From Pseudomonadota bacterium (GTDB lineage: Bacteria > Pseudomonadota > Alphaproteobacteria > Rhodobacterales > Rhodobacteraceae): DNA of 64,000 bases. The stretch covers positions 63 through 64,062 of the forward strand of contig JBCDKE010000007.1 of assembly GCA_038747015.1 (NCBI GenBank). Direction: 5' to 3'. The position numbers and the translations under genes are program-made. Below are positions 1 to 10,151 of this stretch, in pieces. Under the pieces are notes generated by a model, which searched no databases, was not told the DNA's origin, and saw only the letters and a list, made by a program, of their open reading frames with translations. How positions within the stretch are numbered: the first letter of the stretch is position 1; the number at the start of each line of letters is the position of its first letter.

Positions 1-499
1 CGCCCTCGATCAGGATATTCACGAATTTGTCCCGACCACTGCGGTTGCTCACGACAAAGGTCAGGTTGAACGGCGAGGAACCCGGTAGGAACACCCTTGT
101 AGACACTTCAAAGAAACGTCCCGCCTCGCGCGCGTTCTGTACTTCTATGCGCCCACCTGCGAACTCGCGGAAGCGCTTTCCGTATTTGCGGCTCATATAG
201 CCTTGGAACGCGTCGGTGTAGGAGTTCAGCTGCGACGACGACAGGGACCGCGCCGGCGGGCCGAGCGCAGACCGCGCAATGGCAGGCACATCGCCATAGC
301 GGGCAAAGACCTTTTCAAAATCGCGGATCATCGCAGCCTCAGACTTGCCCGAGGCGATGATGCCATTGATCTCGGAAACCATCGTATTGACCAGCGACTT
401 TGCCTCAGCCGTGGTGAGCGCGAAGGCCGGGCCCGCTGCAAAAGCCGCCAGTCCGGCAAGCGCTGCACGGCGCGAAATCTTATTCGAAATATAGGTCAT
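1..499 (-). CDS. mlaC: MlaC/Ttg2D-family phospholipid-binding periplasmic protein (truncated at window edge)
   Basis: Not in the ORF track; hand translation MTYISNKISRRAALAGLAAFAAGPAFA...FARYGDVPAIARSALG...YMSRKYGKRFREF; signal peptide; overlaps the end of mlaA. Confidence 0.8.
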   Translation of the reverse strand, partial: MTYISNKISRRAALAGLAAFAAGPAFALTTAEAKSLVNTMVSEINGIIASGKSEAAMIRDFEKVFARYGDVPAIARSALGPPARSLSSSQLNSYTDAFQGYMSRKYGKRFREFAGGRIEVQNAREAGRFFEVSTRVFLPGSSPFNLTFVVSNRSGRDKFVNILIEG

Positions 500-1262
500 C
501 AAGCAGATCCTCTGACGTGGTGCTCGAAGTCTGAGGGGCTGACTGGCCCAACTCAAAGCGCCGATTTTGCAAATATATCAAGCGTGACTGCGCATAGCTA
601 TCCGCACTTTCGTACAGCACGGAATCGATAGTGTCGGTAAAGCGATATCGGGAGTCAGCGCCGCTCGCCACAGCGGCGCCCCGCGTGTAGTTCAACACCG
701 ACCTGTCAAAGATGTAATTCAACGGGTTCAGAGCCACATCGACGATCTTGCCGACAGCGTCGCGCCGATTGCTTGGCCCGAGAAAGGGCAGCTCCAGAAA
801 TGGTCCTTCGTTGACGCCCCAGACATAGAGGGTCTCTCCGAAATCCGTCTCGTTCTCCGGAACACCCATCGACGCAGAAGGGTCAAAAAAGCCGAGCAGC
901 CCAAAAGTGCTATTGACCAAGAAGCGGCCGGTATTCGTGGCTGCGCTGTCCAGATCTCCTTGCAGTGTGTTGTTGATAATGGTGTTCGGCATGCCGAGGT
1001 TGGACGAAAAGTTATTAACTCCCTGCCGGATAGGCATCGGTACAACTGCGCCATAGGCCAGGCTCACGGGTCGCGCAGCTGCTCTGTCAAAACTCCGGTT
1101 AAACGCATGGAGCGCCCGGTTGGTGTCCTCGAACGGGTCATTCACACCAGATGCATTCGGCGTGGACGACGCGCACGCCGACAAAACAGTGAAAGCGAAT
1201 AACGCAAATAGCCGCCAAAGACGGGTTGGGAGACTACTGATGGTTAACAAAGGAATGCTCAA
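480..1262 (-). CDS. mlaA: MlaA/VacJ lipid-asymmetry lipoprotein
   Basis: Lipobox LSAC, DPFEDTNR, RFLVNSTFGLLGFFD, DFGETL, GPFLELPFLGPS. Confidence 0.92.
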   Translation of the reverse strand: MSIPLLTISSLPTRLWRLFALFAFTVLSACASSTPNASGVNDPFEDTNRALHAFNRSFDRAAARPVSLAYGAVVPMPIRQGVNNFSSNLGMPNTIINNTLQGDLDSAATNTGRFLVNSTFGLLGFFDPSASMGVPENETDFGETLYVWGVNEGPFLELPFLGPSNRRDAVGKIVDVALNPLNYIFDRSVLNYTRGAAVASGADSRYRFTDTIDSVLYESADSYAQSRLIYLQNRRFELGQSAPQTSSTTSEDLLDDLYFE

Positions 1263-1413
1263 TTCGTGTAACTCAAAACGCGTACATGCCCGCTATCCTC
1301 AAGGATAGGCAAGTCCCCATAAGGCTCGCCTGCCTATTCTACTGCTTTCTACATAGTCGCTGCCACGGAGTTTAATAGCGATTTAGTGAATATTTCCGAT
1401 TAGTGGCATAACG

Positions 1414-3156
1414 ATGCGCATTTTGGCGAAAACAACCGAACTAGGACTGCAGGAATTGCAGCATGAGCGGCGTAAAAGCCGCAAACTTTACTGGTTTGTT
1501 GCCATTATCAGCTTTTTCGTAAATTTGCTGATGCTTACCGGCCCAATTTACATGCTCCAAGTCTACGACCGTGTGCTGGGTTCGCGTTCCGAAGAAACCC
1601 TCATAGCCCTGTCAGCTTTGGTCGTCTTTCTCTTCACAATGATGGGCACTCTCGACTTTGTTCGGGGCCGCGTCACGGGACGCGTCGGGGCGCGTTTTCA
1701 GGCTGGCTTTGACAGGCGCGTCTTTACCGCCGTGCTTCGACAGTCAAAGACCGACTCTGGACCGGCGCATTCAACAGGGTTGCGCGATCTTGAAAGCGTC
1801 CAGCGGCTGATGTCTTCGCCAGTACTCATGGCGTTTTTTGACATCCCTTGGACGCCGATTTTCATCGCTGGGATTTTCATATTTCATCCTTTGCTTGGAT
1901 GGTTTGCCGTCGCCGGGGGGGCCATTCTGGTCGCGGTCACCTACTCGAATAATTTTTTGTCACGCGGCCCGTTGAAACGCGCCCGGGTCGGGCAGATCGC
2001 CGCAGACCGCCTGTCCGAGCAGCTGAAATCCGAGGCCGAGGTCGTTCAAGCGCTTGGAATGACGGATGCGTCATTCACGCGTTGGCAGGTTGCTCGGGAC
2101 CAAGGTCTGCGCGACGCTGTAAGTGCCGCGGATGTGGGAGGGCTCTCGCAGGCTGTCACCAAATCCCTCCGACTTCTTTTGCAATCGGGGATGTTGGGCC
2201 TCGGCGCCTATCTTGTGTTGAACAATGAACTTACGCCTGGTGCCATGATCGCCGGATCGATCCTGTTAGGCCGCGCATTAGCACCCGTCGAGCTGCTTCT
2301 TGGACAGTGGCCAACGGTACAGCGCGCGCGCGAAGCATGGAACAACCTTGCCGACTTGCTCAGCCAGGTGCCCAAAGAAGCGCCTAGAACCCTACTGCCT
2401 GCGCCTCGTGCGCGAATAGATGTGGAACAAGCAACCTTGGTTCCCCCTGGCGAGTCCCAAGCAGCTCTGCGAATCCTTTCCTTCACGTTGGAACCAGGCC
2501 AGGCTTGTGGCGTGATTGGCTCTTCCGGAGCCGGCAAATCGACACTGGCCCGCGCACTCACCGGTGTATGGAAAACGGCGGGCGGGAAAATAAGGTTGGA
2601 TGGCGCCAGCCTCGATAACTATGACCCAGATGTCCTTGGTCAGCTGATCGGTTACTTGCCCCAACGCGTCACGCTTTTTGATGGAACAATCGCTGAGAAT
2701 ATCGCGCGCCTGTCCCCCAATCCGGACGCATCAAAGATCCACGAGGCAGCAAAAAAAGCGGCGGCCCATGACATGATCCTCACACTGCCGGACGGGTATG
2801 ATACCCGCGTTGGCGCCGCGGGGGGGCGCCTGTCCGGCGGGCAAATTCAGCGGATCGGGCTAGCCCGTGCTATGTATGGTGACCCTGTTCTTTTCGTCTT
2901 GGATGAACCTAACTCCAACCTCGACAACGACGGATCCGAGGCGCTGAATAAAGCGATCCGCGACATGAAAGCTGACGGAAAAACAGTGCTAATCATGGCG
3001 CACCGCCCGGCAGCAATCAAAGAATGCGATGTCCTTCTGGTGCTCGAAGACGGTCGTCGCCGAGCTTTTGGCCCCAAAGATCTGGTCCTGCGGGATGTCT
3101 TGCAAAACCATCGAGAAGTTCACGCTACTCAAGTTCGAAACGGGGGAGTCGCATGA
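1414..3156 (+). CDS. Type I secretion ABC transporter, PrtD family
   Basis: YMLQVYDRVL, Walker A GSSGAGKS, LSGGQIQRIGLARA, LDEPNSNLD. Confidence 0.93.
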   Translation: MRILAKTTELGLQELQHERRKSRKLYWFVAIISFFVNLLMLTGPIYMLQVYDRVLGSRSEETLIALSALVVFLFTMMGTLDFVRGRVTGRVGARFQAGFDRRVFTAVLRQSKTDSGPAHSTGLRDLESVQRLMSSPVLMAFFDIPWTPIFIAGIFIFHPLLGWFAVAGGAILVAVTYSNNFLSRGPLKRARVGQIAADRLSEQLKSEAEVVQALGMTDASFTRWQVARDQGLRDAVSAADVGGLSQAVTKSLRLLLQSGMLGLGAYLVLNNELTPGAMIAGSILLGRALAPVELLLGQWPTVQRAREAWNNLADLLSQVPKEAPRTLLPAPRARIDVEQATLVPPGESQAALRILSFTLEPGQACGVIGSSGAGKSTLARALTGVWKTAGGKIRLDGASLDNYDPDVLGQLIGYLPQRVTLFDGTIAENIARLSPNPDASKIHEAAKKAAAHDMILTLPDGYDTRVGAAGGRLSGGQIQRIGLARAMYGDPVLFVLDEPNSNLDNDGSEALNKAIRDMKADGKTVLIMAHRPAAIKECDVLLVLEDGRRRAFGPKDLVLRDVLQNHREVHATQVRNGGVA

Positions 3157-4457
3157 GTTCTGAAAAGTCAAATTGGTCCGCCCGCAAGCCGGTCATGACA
3201 GGTTTTGTTGCGGTGATACTTCTTGTCTGCGGTTTCGGAACATGGGCAACAACCACGAGCATTTCGGGTGCCATTATCGCGCCGGGCCGGATCGAGGTAG
3301 ACCGCAACCGCCAAGTAGTGCAGCACCCTGACGGCGGCGTTGTTACAGCCATCGCCGTCGACGAAGGATCGTCGGTTGAGGTAGGTGATGTCCTCATCCG
3401 CCTCGACGACACTTTGCTGAGGTCGGAACTCACCATCATCGAGGGCCAGCTCTGGGAAACTTCGGCCCGGCGCGCGCGGCTCGAGGCAGAGCGCGACGAT
3501 GCAGTGAAAGTGGTCTTTCCCGACTCGCTTGTCGTTGAGTCCGAAAGGATAGAGGTCGGCGATCTTATGAAAGGCCAAAGGCGGCTTTTCACAGCCCGGA
3601 ATGAAACCATAGCGCGTCAGGTAGAACAGCTCGGCAAGAGGCGGGCACAGATCAACGACCAGATCTCTGGCATCGACGCCCAGATTGGGGCGTTTGGCCA
3701 ACAGATCGACCTCATCCGGGCAGAACTGGAATCCCAACAGGCCCTCCTCGATCGGGGACTGGCGCAAGCAAGCCGCGTCCTCGCACTCCAACGGCAGGAG
3801 GCAAGCCTGCGCGGCACCGTGGGCGAACTCACCGCCGGCCGCGCTCAGGCCGAGGGCCGCATTACTGAAATCGATATTGAGGTCCTCAGACTGCGATCAA
3901 GCCGCCGAGAAGAGGCGATAACAGAACTGCGGGACATCCAGTTCCGCGAGGTCGAATTGACAGAGCGTCGGCGCTCATTGATCGAACGGCTGGCACGGCT
4001 CGATATCAAGGCTCCAGTCGCCGGCGTGGTCTACGACCTCGCCGTTTTTGCCGAGCGCAGTGTTATCCGCCCCGCTGATCCAGTTCTCTTTATAGTGCCT
4101 CAAGACCGCCCCCTGGTGATCGCCGCGCGCGTGGATCCAATCCATATCGATCAGGTGTTTGTTGGGCAAAACGTGACCTTGCGCTTTTCAGCCTTGGATC
4201 AACGGACCACCCCGGAATTGGTCGGGCAAGTGATTCAACTATCCGCCGACGCTTTCGAAGACGAGGCCACGCATCTCAGCTTCTACCGGGCCGAGATCAT
4301 CCTCGACGAAGGTGAAATCGGGCGCCTGCCGGAAGGCACCTCTTTGATCCCCGGCATGCCCGTCGAGAGCTTTATTCGAACAGAAGATCGCACGCCCCTG
4401 GCCTATCTCGTTAAGCCACTTGCAGATTACTTCTCTCGCGCCTTCCGGGAGAGTTAG
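3153..4457 (+). CDS. HlyD/PrtE-family type I secretion membrane fusion protein
   Basis: ATG 3153 overlaps the ABC stop (ATGA); VQHPDGGVV, coiled coil, IKAPVAGVV, LIPGMPVE. Confidence 0.92.
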   Translation: MSSEKSNWSARKPVMTGFVAVILLVCGFGTWATTTSISGAIIAPGRIEVDRNRQVVQHPDGGVVTAIAVDEGSSVEVGDVLIRLDDTLLRSELTIIEGQLWETSARRARLEAERDDAVKVVFPDSLVVESERIEVGDLMKGQRRLFTARNETIARQVEQLGKRRAQINDQISGIDAQIGAFGQQIDLIRAELESQQALLDRGLAQASRVLALQRQEASLRGTVGELTAGRAQAEGRITEIDIEVLRLRSSRREEAITELRDIQFREVELTERRRSLIERLARLDIKAPVAGVVYDLAVFAERSVIRPADPVLFIVPQDRPLVIAARVDPIHIDQVFVGQNVTLRFSALDQRTTPELVGQVIQLSADAFEDEATHLSFYRAEIILDEGEIGRLPEGTSLIPGMPVESFIRTEDRTPLAYLVKPLADYFSRAFRES

Positions 4458-4482
4458 GGAGGCGCGGCTGGCGCAGCACCTT

Positions 4483-4506
4483 AAGTATTTCTAAAACAAA
4501 GAAGGG
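4483..4506 (+). repeat. 24-bp intergenic repeat, copy 1 (AAGTATTT-cta-AAACAAAGAAGGG)
   Basis: 21 invariant positions shared with the copies at 10014, 13887 and 33641. Confidence 0.85.
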
Positions 4507-4567
4507 GGTTTCGGTCCGCTCTGCCGTGGCTATGGTGCGCTCGAAACCGCATCAGGAGGATTTGAGC

Positions 4568-5032
4568 GTGTCTGGAAAGTTTGAAGCACAGTTGGCTGAA
4601 CTCGGTGTCGAATTGCCCGACGCGCCCGCGCCCGCCGCGAATTACGTGTCCTTTGTGCAGGCCGGGGATCTCGTTCACGTGTCCGGCCAGATTTCCAACG
4701 GGCCGGACGGCTTTATCATCGGCAAACTCGGCGCAGATATGGATGTCGAGACCGGCGCCGCCGCAGCGCGCACCTGCGCGATTTCTCTCCTGGCGCAGGT
4801 CAAGGCAGCCTGCGGCGGCGATCTCGATCGTTTGGTGCAGGTGGTCAAACTGGTCGGTTTCGTGAACTCCACCGCTGATTTTACCGACCAGCCCAAAGTG
4901 ATCAACGGCGCCTCCGACTTCATGGTCGAAGCACTGGGTGATGCCGGCCGCCACGCCCGCAGCGCCGTCAGCGCCGCGTCGCTGCCCTTCGGCGTCGCCG
5001 TCGAAATCGAAGGCATTTTCCGCATCGCATGA
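4568..5032 (+). CDS. RidA/YjgF-family protein
   Basis: GTG start after AGGAGG; PAPAANYV, HVSGQI, VINGASD, HARSAV, VEIEGIF. Confidence 0.9.
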   Translation: MSGKFEAQLAELGVELPDAPAPAANYVSFVQAGDLVHVSGQISNGPDGFIIGKLGADMDVETGAAAARTCAISLLAQVKAACGGDLDRLVQVVKLVGFVNSTADFTDQPKVINGASDFMVEALGDAGRHARSAVSAASLPFGVAVEIEGIFRIA

Positions 5033-5793
5033 CGCCATCCGCTGTCGAGCTGCCGGGCGGTTTCTTGGATCGCCCCTTTACGCACCGGGCCTTGCACGGG
5101 CCCGGGCGTCCCGAAAACAGTCGCGAGGCCATCGCCGCCGCAGTGGCTGCAAGCTACGGCATCGAAATCGACGTTCAGCTGTCGCGGGACGCACAAGCCA
5201 TGGTGTTTCACGACTACGGCCTCCAGCGCCTCATGGGCATAAACGGGACCGTCCAAACCAAAAAACAGCAGCAGCTTGCGGCAACACCTCTCCTGGGCGG
5301 CCGGACCGGGCCGCCTACGCTCCCCGAAACACTTCGGATGATCGACGGGCGCGTTCCGCTAGTCATCGAGGTCAAGGATCAGGACGGCGCCATGGGCCCC
5401 AATGTGGGCGTCCTCGAAGAACAGGTCGCCGCTGCCCTGACCGCCTATGCAGGACCCGTCGCCGTAATGTCTTTCAATCCCCATTCCGTCGCCGCTCTCG
5501 CCGACCTGGCACCCAATGTGCCCCGGGGCATAACCACCTGCGATTTCAACGCTGAGGACTGGCCAACCGTCCCCGCCACCCGCCGCGCCGAACTCGCGCC
5601 GATCCCCGATTTCGACCGCGTGGGCGCGAGCTTCATCTCCCACGACCGCAAGACACTGACCGACCCGGCAGTCGCGGCCCTGAAATCGCGGGGCATCCCC
5701 GTCCTCACCTGGACCGTGAAATCCCAGGAACAGGCCAACGTCGCGCGCCAAATCGCCGACCAGATCACCTTTGAGGGCTTCACCCCGGCTTGA
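5029..5793 (+). CDS. Glycerophosphodiester phosphodiesterase family protein
   Basis: HRALH, PENS, GIEIDVQLSRD, VFHD, IEVKD. Confidence 0.88.
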   Translation: MTPSAVELPGGFLDRPFTHRALHGPGRPENSREAIAAAVAASYGIEIDVQLSRDAQAMVFHDYGLQRLMGINGTVQTKKQQQLAATPLLGGRTGPPTLPETLRMIDGRVPLVIEVKDQDGAMGPNVGVLEEQVAAALTAYAGPVAVMSFNPHSVAALADLAPNVPRGITTCDFNAEDWPTVPATRRAELAPIPDFDRVGASFISHDRKTLTDPAVAALKSRGIPVLTWTVKSQEQANVARQIADQITFEGFTPA

Positions 5794-5823
5794 CGCCCGC
5801 CAGCGCACGCCCACATCCTGTCC

Positions 5824-7047
5824 ATGGCCATGCCGCAACCATCCGAAACACCCTCCGATGCGCCCTCCGACACCCCTGTCGAGATCCGCGTCCTGAACAG
5901 CATGCGCGAGATCGCGCCAGAGGCCTGGGATGCCTGCGCGGCGCCCGAGGCAGCAGACGGTGGACGCCCCAACGACCCTTTCACCACCCACCGCTTTCTC
6001 AGCGCCCTGGAGGACAGCCGGTCGGTCGGTGCGGGCACCGGGTGGGAGCCTCACTACCTGGAGGCCCGTAGCGGCGGCGAAACCATCGGCGTGGCTCCGC
6101 TCTATGCAAAAAACCACAGCCAGGGCGAATACATCTTCGACCACAACTGGGCCCACGCCTACGAACGCGCGGGCGGGCGCTACTACCCGAAACTGCAGAT
6201 GGCGGTGCCCCATACGCCCGCCACGGGCCGCCGCCTCCTGGCGAAACCGGGCTATGAGGCGTTGGCTCAGTCTGCGCTGGTCCAGGGCGCCGTCCAGATC
6301 GCCGCCGACAATCAGCTCAGCTCCATCCACATCACCTTCTGCACCGAAAAAGAGGCCGCCGCCGGTCAGGCCATGGGCCTCCTGCCACGCGTCTCGCAAC
6401 AATTCCACTGGGTGGGCGACTACGAGGATTTCGACGGCTTCCTCGCCTCGCTAAACTCGCGCAAACGCAAAAATATCCGCAAGGAACGCGCCCAGGCCCA
6501 GGCCTTTGGCGGCACCATCCACGCGCTCACTGGCGATGACCTGAAGCCCGAACACTGGGACGCCTTCTGGCGCTTTTATCAGGACACCGGCGCACGCAAA
6601 TGGGGCACGCCTTACCTAACACGCGCCTTCTTTGACCGCGCCCAGGAAACCCTGCGCGACGACATGTTGCTGGTTTTGGCCGAACGCGACGGCCAGTACC
6701 TGGCGGGCGCGCTCAATTTCATCGGGCGCGACACGCTCTATGGCCGCTACTGGGGGTGCGTCGAAGACCACCCCTGCCTGCATTTCGAACTCTGCTACTA
6801 TCAGGCCATCGACTACGCGATCCAAAACAGCCTAACCCGCGTCGAGGCCGGCGCCCAAGGGACTCACAAACTCGCCCGTGGCTATCTGCCGGTGGAATGC
6901 CACTCGCTCCACTGGATCGGCGATCCCCGCTTCCGTGACGCGATCGCAGAGTATCTGGTCGCCGAAAAGGACGCCATCGAACAGGAAAACGAAATTCTGA
7001 CGAGCTATGGCCCATTCAAAAAGATCGATGTGGAGGAACAGGAATGA
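5824..7047 (+). CDS. FemAB-like GNAT-fold protein (DUF482 type)
   Basis: HSQGEYIFDHNWA, YYPKL, LYGRYWG, LHFELCYYQAI, EAGAQGTHKLARGY. Confidence 0.88.
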   Translation: MAMPQPSETPSDAPSDTPVEIRVLNSMREIAPEAWDACAAPEAADGGRPNDPFTTHRFLSALEDSRSVGAGTGWEPHYLEARSGGETIGVAPLYAKNHSQGEYIFDHNWAHAYERAGGRYYPKLQMAVPHTPATGRRLLAKPGYEALAQSALVQGAVQIAADNQLSSIHITFCTEKEAAAGQAMGLLPRVSQQFHWVGDYEDFDGFLASLNSRKRKNIRKERAQAQAFGGTIHALTGDDLKPEHWDAFWRFYQDTGARKWGTPYLTRAFFDRAQETLRDDMLLVLAERDGQYLAGALNFIGRDTLYGRYWGCVEDHPCLHFELCYYQAIDYAIQNSLTRVEAGAQGTHKLARGYLPVECHSLHWIGDPRFRDAIAEYLVAEKDAIEQENEILTSYGPFKKIDVEEQE

Positions 7048-7322
7048 GCAAACTGGATAGCGCCGCGCTGCAAGACCTGCTGGCCGCAGGCTGGGCCCAC
7101 GACCCCGAACGGGACGCGATCACCAAGAGCTTCACGTTCAAAAACTTTACCGAGGCTTTTGGCTGGATGACCCAAATGGCCATCACCGCCGAAAAGCTGA
7201 ACCACCACCCCGAATGGTTCAACGTCTACAAACGGGTGGATGTCACGCTGACGACCCACGACGTGAACGGTCTATCAGAACTCGACGCCAAACTAGCCAA
7301 AGCGATGGACGCGGCGAGCTAA
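7044..7322 (+). CDS. phhB: Pterin-4-alpha-carbinolamine dehydratase
   Basis: NHHPEWFNVY, LTTHDVNGLSELD. Confidence 0.92.
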   Translation: MSKLDSAALQDLLAAGWAHDPERDAITKSFTFKNFTEAFGWMTQMAITAEKLNHHPEWFNVYKRVDVTLTTHDVNGLSELDAKLAKAMDAAS

Positions 7323-7357
7323 GTCGCGCACCGGCAGGCGCCTAATCAAGCCCCACG

Positions 7358-7420
7358 CGCCGCCTTACCGGGCGGCGGGGGCGGGCGGGTGGGACGACGC
7401 CCGGCCATGCGGTCCCACCC
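7358..7420. repeat. GC-rich palindromic (REP-like) element between convergent genes
   Basis: Hairpins CGCCGCC/GGCGGCG (7358-7377) and GGGTGGGAC/GTCCCACCC (7387-7420); shares motifs with 53485-53538. Confidence 0.55.
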
Positions 7421-7426
7421 TCTCGG

Positions 7427-7915
7427 TCAGACCTGATCCAGCAGCGTCTCACCGGCCGAAATTTCGCACTCCCCCGGGGAGGCTTCTTCGTTCAGGACTT
7501 TCACCACGCCGTCTTCAACCAACATCGCATAGCGCTTGGAGCGCGCCAAGAGACCCACCGGCGGCGCGTCGAAATTCATGCCGATAGCGGTGGTAAAGGT
7601 GCTCTCCGGATCGCACAGCATGGTGATCCCTGCCTCTGTGGCGCCCGTGTCCCCGCCCCACTGCTTCATAACGAAAGGGTCGTTGACGCTGACGCAGACA
7701 ATCTCGTCGACGCCCTTTTCGTCAAACCCGGTCTTGGTGCGGATAAAGCTCGGCACATGGGCCGAATGACAGGTAGGCGTGTAGGCACCCGGCACGGCGA
7801 AAACGACAACTTTGCGACCCTTCACCACGTCGCCCAGCGCCACCGTCTCCGGCCCCTCAGCCCCCATCCGCACAAAACTCGCCTCTGGGAGCGTGTCACC
7901 TACAGAAATTGCCAT
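7427..7915 (-). CDS. Peroxiredoxin (Prx5/redoxin type)
   Basis: VPGAYTPTCHSAHVP, SVNDPFVMKQW, RSKRYAMLVEDG. Confidence 0.92.
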   Translation of the reverse strand: MAISVGDTLPEASFVRMGAEGPETVALGDVVKGRKVVVFAVPGAYTPTCHSAHVPSFIRTKTGFDEKGVDEIVCVSVNDPFVMKQWGGDTGATEAGITMLCDPESTFTTAIGMNFDAPPVGLLARSKRYAMLVEDGVVKVLNEEASPGECEISAGETLLDQV

Positions 7916-7997
7916 TCTCGCGTCCTCTCGTGATTGCGTCGCGTTCGGGCAAAGCATAGCGTCGCCAGCGGCAACGGCCAGTAAGTGGAGAAGAACT

Positions 7998-9203
7998 ATG
8001 AGCCGCATCATCGTCATTGGCGCAGGTCAGGCAGGGGCATCCCTCACCGGCAAGCTCCGCACCTTGGGCTACGAAGGTGAGATCGTGCTCATTGGCGAAG
8101 AACCCGCACCGCCCTACCAGCGCCCTCCGCTCTCCAAGAAATATCTGCTCGGCGAGATGAGCCTCGAGCGGATGTATCTTAAACCCGAGGCCGCCTATGG
8201 CGACGCGGGGATCGAACTGCGCCTGGGCACGAAAGTCGAGGCCGTCGACGCCGACGCCAAGACCGTGACCTTGGGCGGTGAAACGCTCGGCTACGACCAG
8301 CTTGCCTTTACCACGGGCTCCGCTGCCCGGATGCTGCCCGCCGAAATCGGCGGCGCGCACGAGGGCGTCTTCACCGTGCGCACACTGGCCGACGTGGACG
8401 CCATGGCCACCGCCTTTGCCAAGGGCGGTCACGTCCTGATCATTGGCGGCGGCTATATCGGGCTCGAGGCAGCGGCGGTGGCCGCCCAAAAAGGCCTGAA
8501 AGTGACCCTGATCGAGGCCGCCGACCGGATCCTGAAACGCGTGGCCGCGCCCGAGACCTCCGATTTCTTCCGCGACCTCCACGCGGGCCAGGGCGTCGAT
8601 ATCCGCGAGGGCTGCGGCCTCACCCGACTCACCGGCGACGGCCATGTCAGCGGGGCAGAGCTGTCTGACGGCACCACGCTCGACATCGATTTTGCCATTG
8701 TGGGCGTAGGCATCGACCCCTGCACCGTACTGGCCGAAGACGCGGGCGTGGCCTGCGAAAACGGCATCCGCGTGGACGCCAAGGGCGAAACCTCGGTCCC
8801 GGGCATATGGGCGGCAGGGGACTGCGCCAGCTTCCCCTATCGCGGCGAACGCATCCGGCTCGAAAGCGTCCCGAACGCCATGGATCAGGCCGAAGTCGTC
8901 GCCGCCAACATGCTGGGCGCGGGCCAGGACTACGTGGCCAAACCCTGGTTCTGGTCCGATCAGTACGACGTCAAACTCCAGATCGCCGGGCTCAACACCG
9001 GCTACAACAACGTGGTGATCCGCGAAAGCAAAGGCGCACAGTCGAACTGGTACTATCGCGGCGATGAACTCCTCGCCGTGGACGCCATGGGCGACGCACG
9101 CGGCTACATGATCGGCAAACGCCTGATCGAGGCCGGCAAGAGCCCCGCGCCAGAGGCCATCGCCGATCCCGAAACCGACCTCAAAGCGCTGCTCAAAGCG
9201 TGA
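7998..9203 (+). CDS. NAD(P)/FAD-dependent ferredoxin-reductase-like oxidoreductase
   Basis: GAGQAG, YQRPPLSK, GGGYIGLE, GDCA, PWFWSDQYD. Confidence 0.9.
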   Translation: MSRIIVIGAGQAGASLTGKLRTLGYEGEIVLIGEEPAPPYQRPPLSKKYLLGEMSLERMYLKPEAAYGDAGIELRLGTKVEAVDADAKTVTLGGETLGYDQLAFTTGSAARMLPAEIGGAHEGVFTVRTLADVDAMATAFAKGGHVLIIGGGYIGLEAAAVAAQKGLKVTLIEAADRILKRVAAPETSDFFRDLHAGQGVDIREGCGLTRLTGDGHVSGAELSDGTTLDIDFAIVGVGIDPCTVLAEDAGVACENGIRVDAKGETSVPGIWAAGDCASFPYRGERIRLESVPNAMDQAEVVAANMLGAGQDYVAKPWFWSDQYDVKLQIAGLNTGYNNVVIRESKGAQSNWYYRGDELLAVDAMGDARGYMIGKRLIEAGKSPAPEAIADPETDLKALLKA

Positions 9204-9748
9204 GGATCATCGCAGGCAGGCATCGCGGCATCCCGCTGACAGCGCTCGGCAAGGGCGACGCCGCCGCCCACCTGCGACCCACCTCGGACCGCGTGCGCGA
9301 GGCGCTCTTTTCCATGATCATGGCCCGGCACGACCTCGATGGTCTGCGGGTGCTCGACCTCTTTGCCGGGACCGGCGCGCTAGGGCTCGAGGCGCTGTCG
9401 CGCGGGGCCGCACATGTCACTTTTGTCGATAGCGGCCGCAAGGCCCAAACCCTGATCCGCGCCAACATCGCCAAGCTCCGCGAGGGCGACGCCACCACGC
9501 TTATCGCAGCAGACACGGCGCGCCTGCCACCGGCCAGTGCGCCCTGCGACCTGATCTTCCTCGACCCACCCTACGGCAAGGACCTCGGCGCGCGGGCGCT
9601 CGGCACCGCGCAGGCCCAGGGCTGGATCGCGCCGGACGCGCTGGTGATCTGGGAGGAAACCCGCCCGCAATCGGCACCGGGCTTCACAGAATGCGCCAGC
9701 AGGCGCTATGGTGACACCACGATTACCCTGCTCGAACCCGATCAATGA
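9200..9748 (+). CDS. rsmD: 16S rRNA m2G966 methyltransferase
   Basis: MRIIAG, LRPTSDRVREALF, LDLFAGTGALGLEALSRGA, DPPY. Confidence 0.93.
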   Translation: MRIIAGRHRGIPLTALGKGDAAAHLRPTSDRVREALFSMIMARHDLDGLRVLDLFAGTGALGLEALSRGAAHVTFVDSGRKAQTLIRANIAKLREGDATTLIAADTARLPPASAPCDLIFLDPPYGKDLGARALGTAQAQGWIAPDALVIWEETRPQSAPGFTECASRRYGDTTITLLEPDQ

Positions 9749-9758
9749 AGGCTATGCG

Positions 9759-9992
9759 ATGGCATTCACGGACACGGCCGGCGGATGGATTGCCCCCGCC
9801 GAGGCACTGACAGATAGAACCGATACCGGCACGAACCCGCCGCGCAAAAGGGTCACGCCGCCTCTTCTGATGGGCGATATCCTCGCCTCGCGCGGCGGCG
9901 TTCCGGTTTTCGTGCAGGAGTGGCTGCGCCTCGAAAAGGAACGCGACGAGCGGCGCGCCCTGCGCGAACAAAACGACTCCCGCGCGCGTTGA
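9759..9992 (+). CDS. Small hypothetical protein (77 aa)
   Basis: ATG after GAAGG, directly downstream of rsmD, charged C-terminal helix; no recognised domain. Confidence 0.5.
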   Translation: MAFTDTAGGWIAPAEALTDRTDTGTNPPRKRVTPPLLMGDILASRGGVPVFVQEWLRLEKERDERRALREQNDSRAR

Positions 9993-10013
9993 CGCGGCGG
10001 GAGCCTCCGGCGG

Positions 10014-10037
10014 AAGTATTTGCAAAACAAAGAAGGG
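10014..10037 (+). repeat. 24-bp intergenic repeat, copy 2 (AAGTATTT-gca-AAACAAAGAAGGG)
   Basis: Identical core to the other three copies. Confidence 0.85.
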
Positions 10038-10081
10038 ATTTGGGCCGGCGCAGCTGCGCTGACAGCAATGCCCAGACCCAG

Positions 10082-10116
10082 AAAAGGAAAGGGCGGCTCT
10101 CCTTAGAGAGCCGCCC
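10082..10116 (-). terminator. Rho-independent terminator of the TRAP solute-binding gene
   Basis: 11-bp stem GGGCGGCTCTC/GAGAGCCGCCC followed by a U-rich tract on the minus strand. Confidence 0.75.
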
Positions 10117-10151
10117 AGCGCAGCCTCCGACCCAGGCAGCGCAGGATGGCG

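Noticed and set aside
1414-4457. T1SS pair lacking TolC and substrate as a novel system
   Set aside because: Unlinked TolC and substrates are common for such pairs; no further unusual signal is present.
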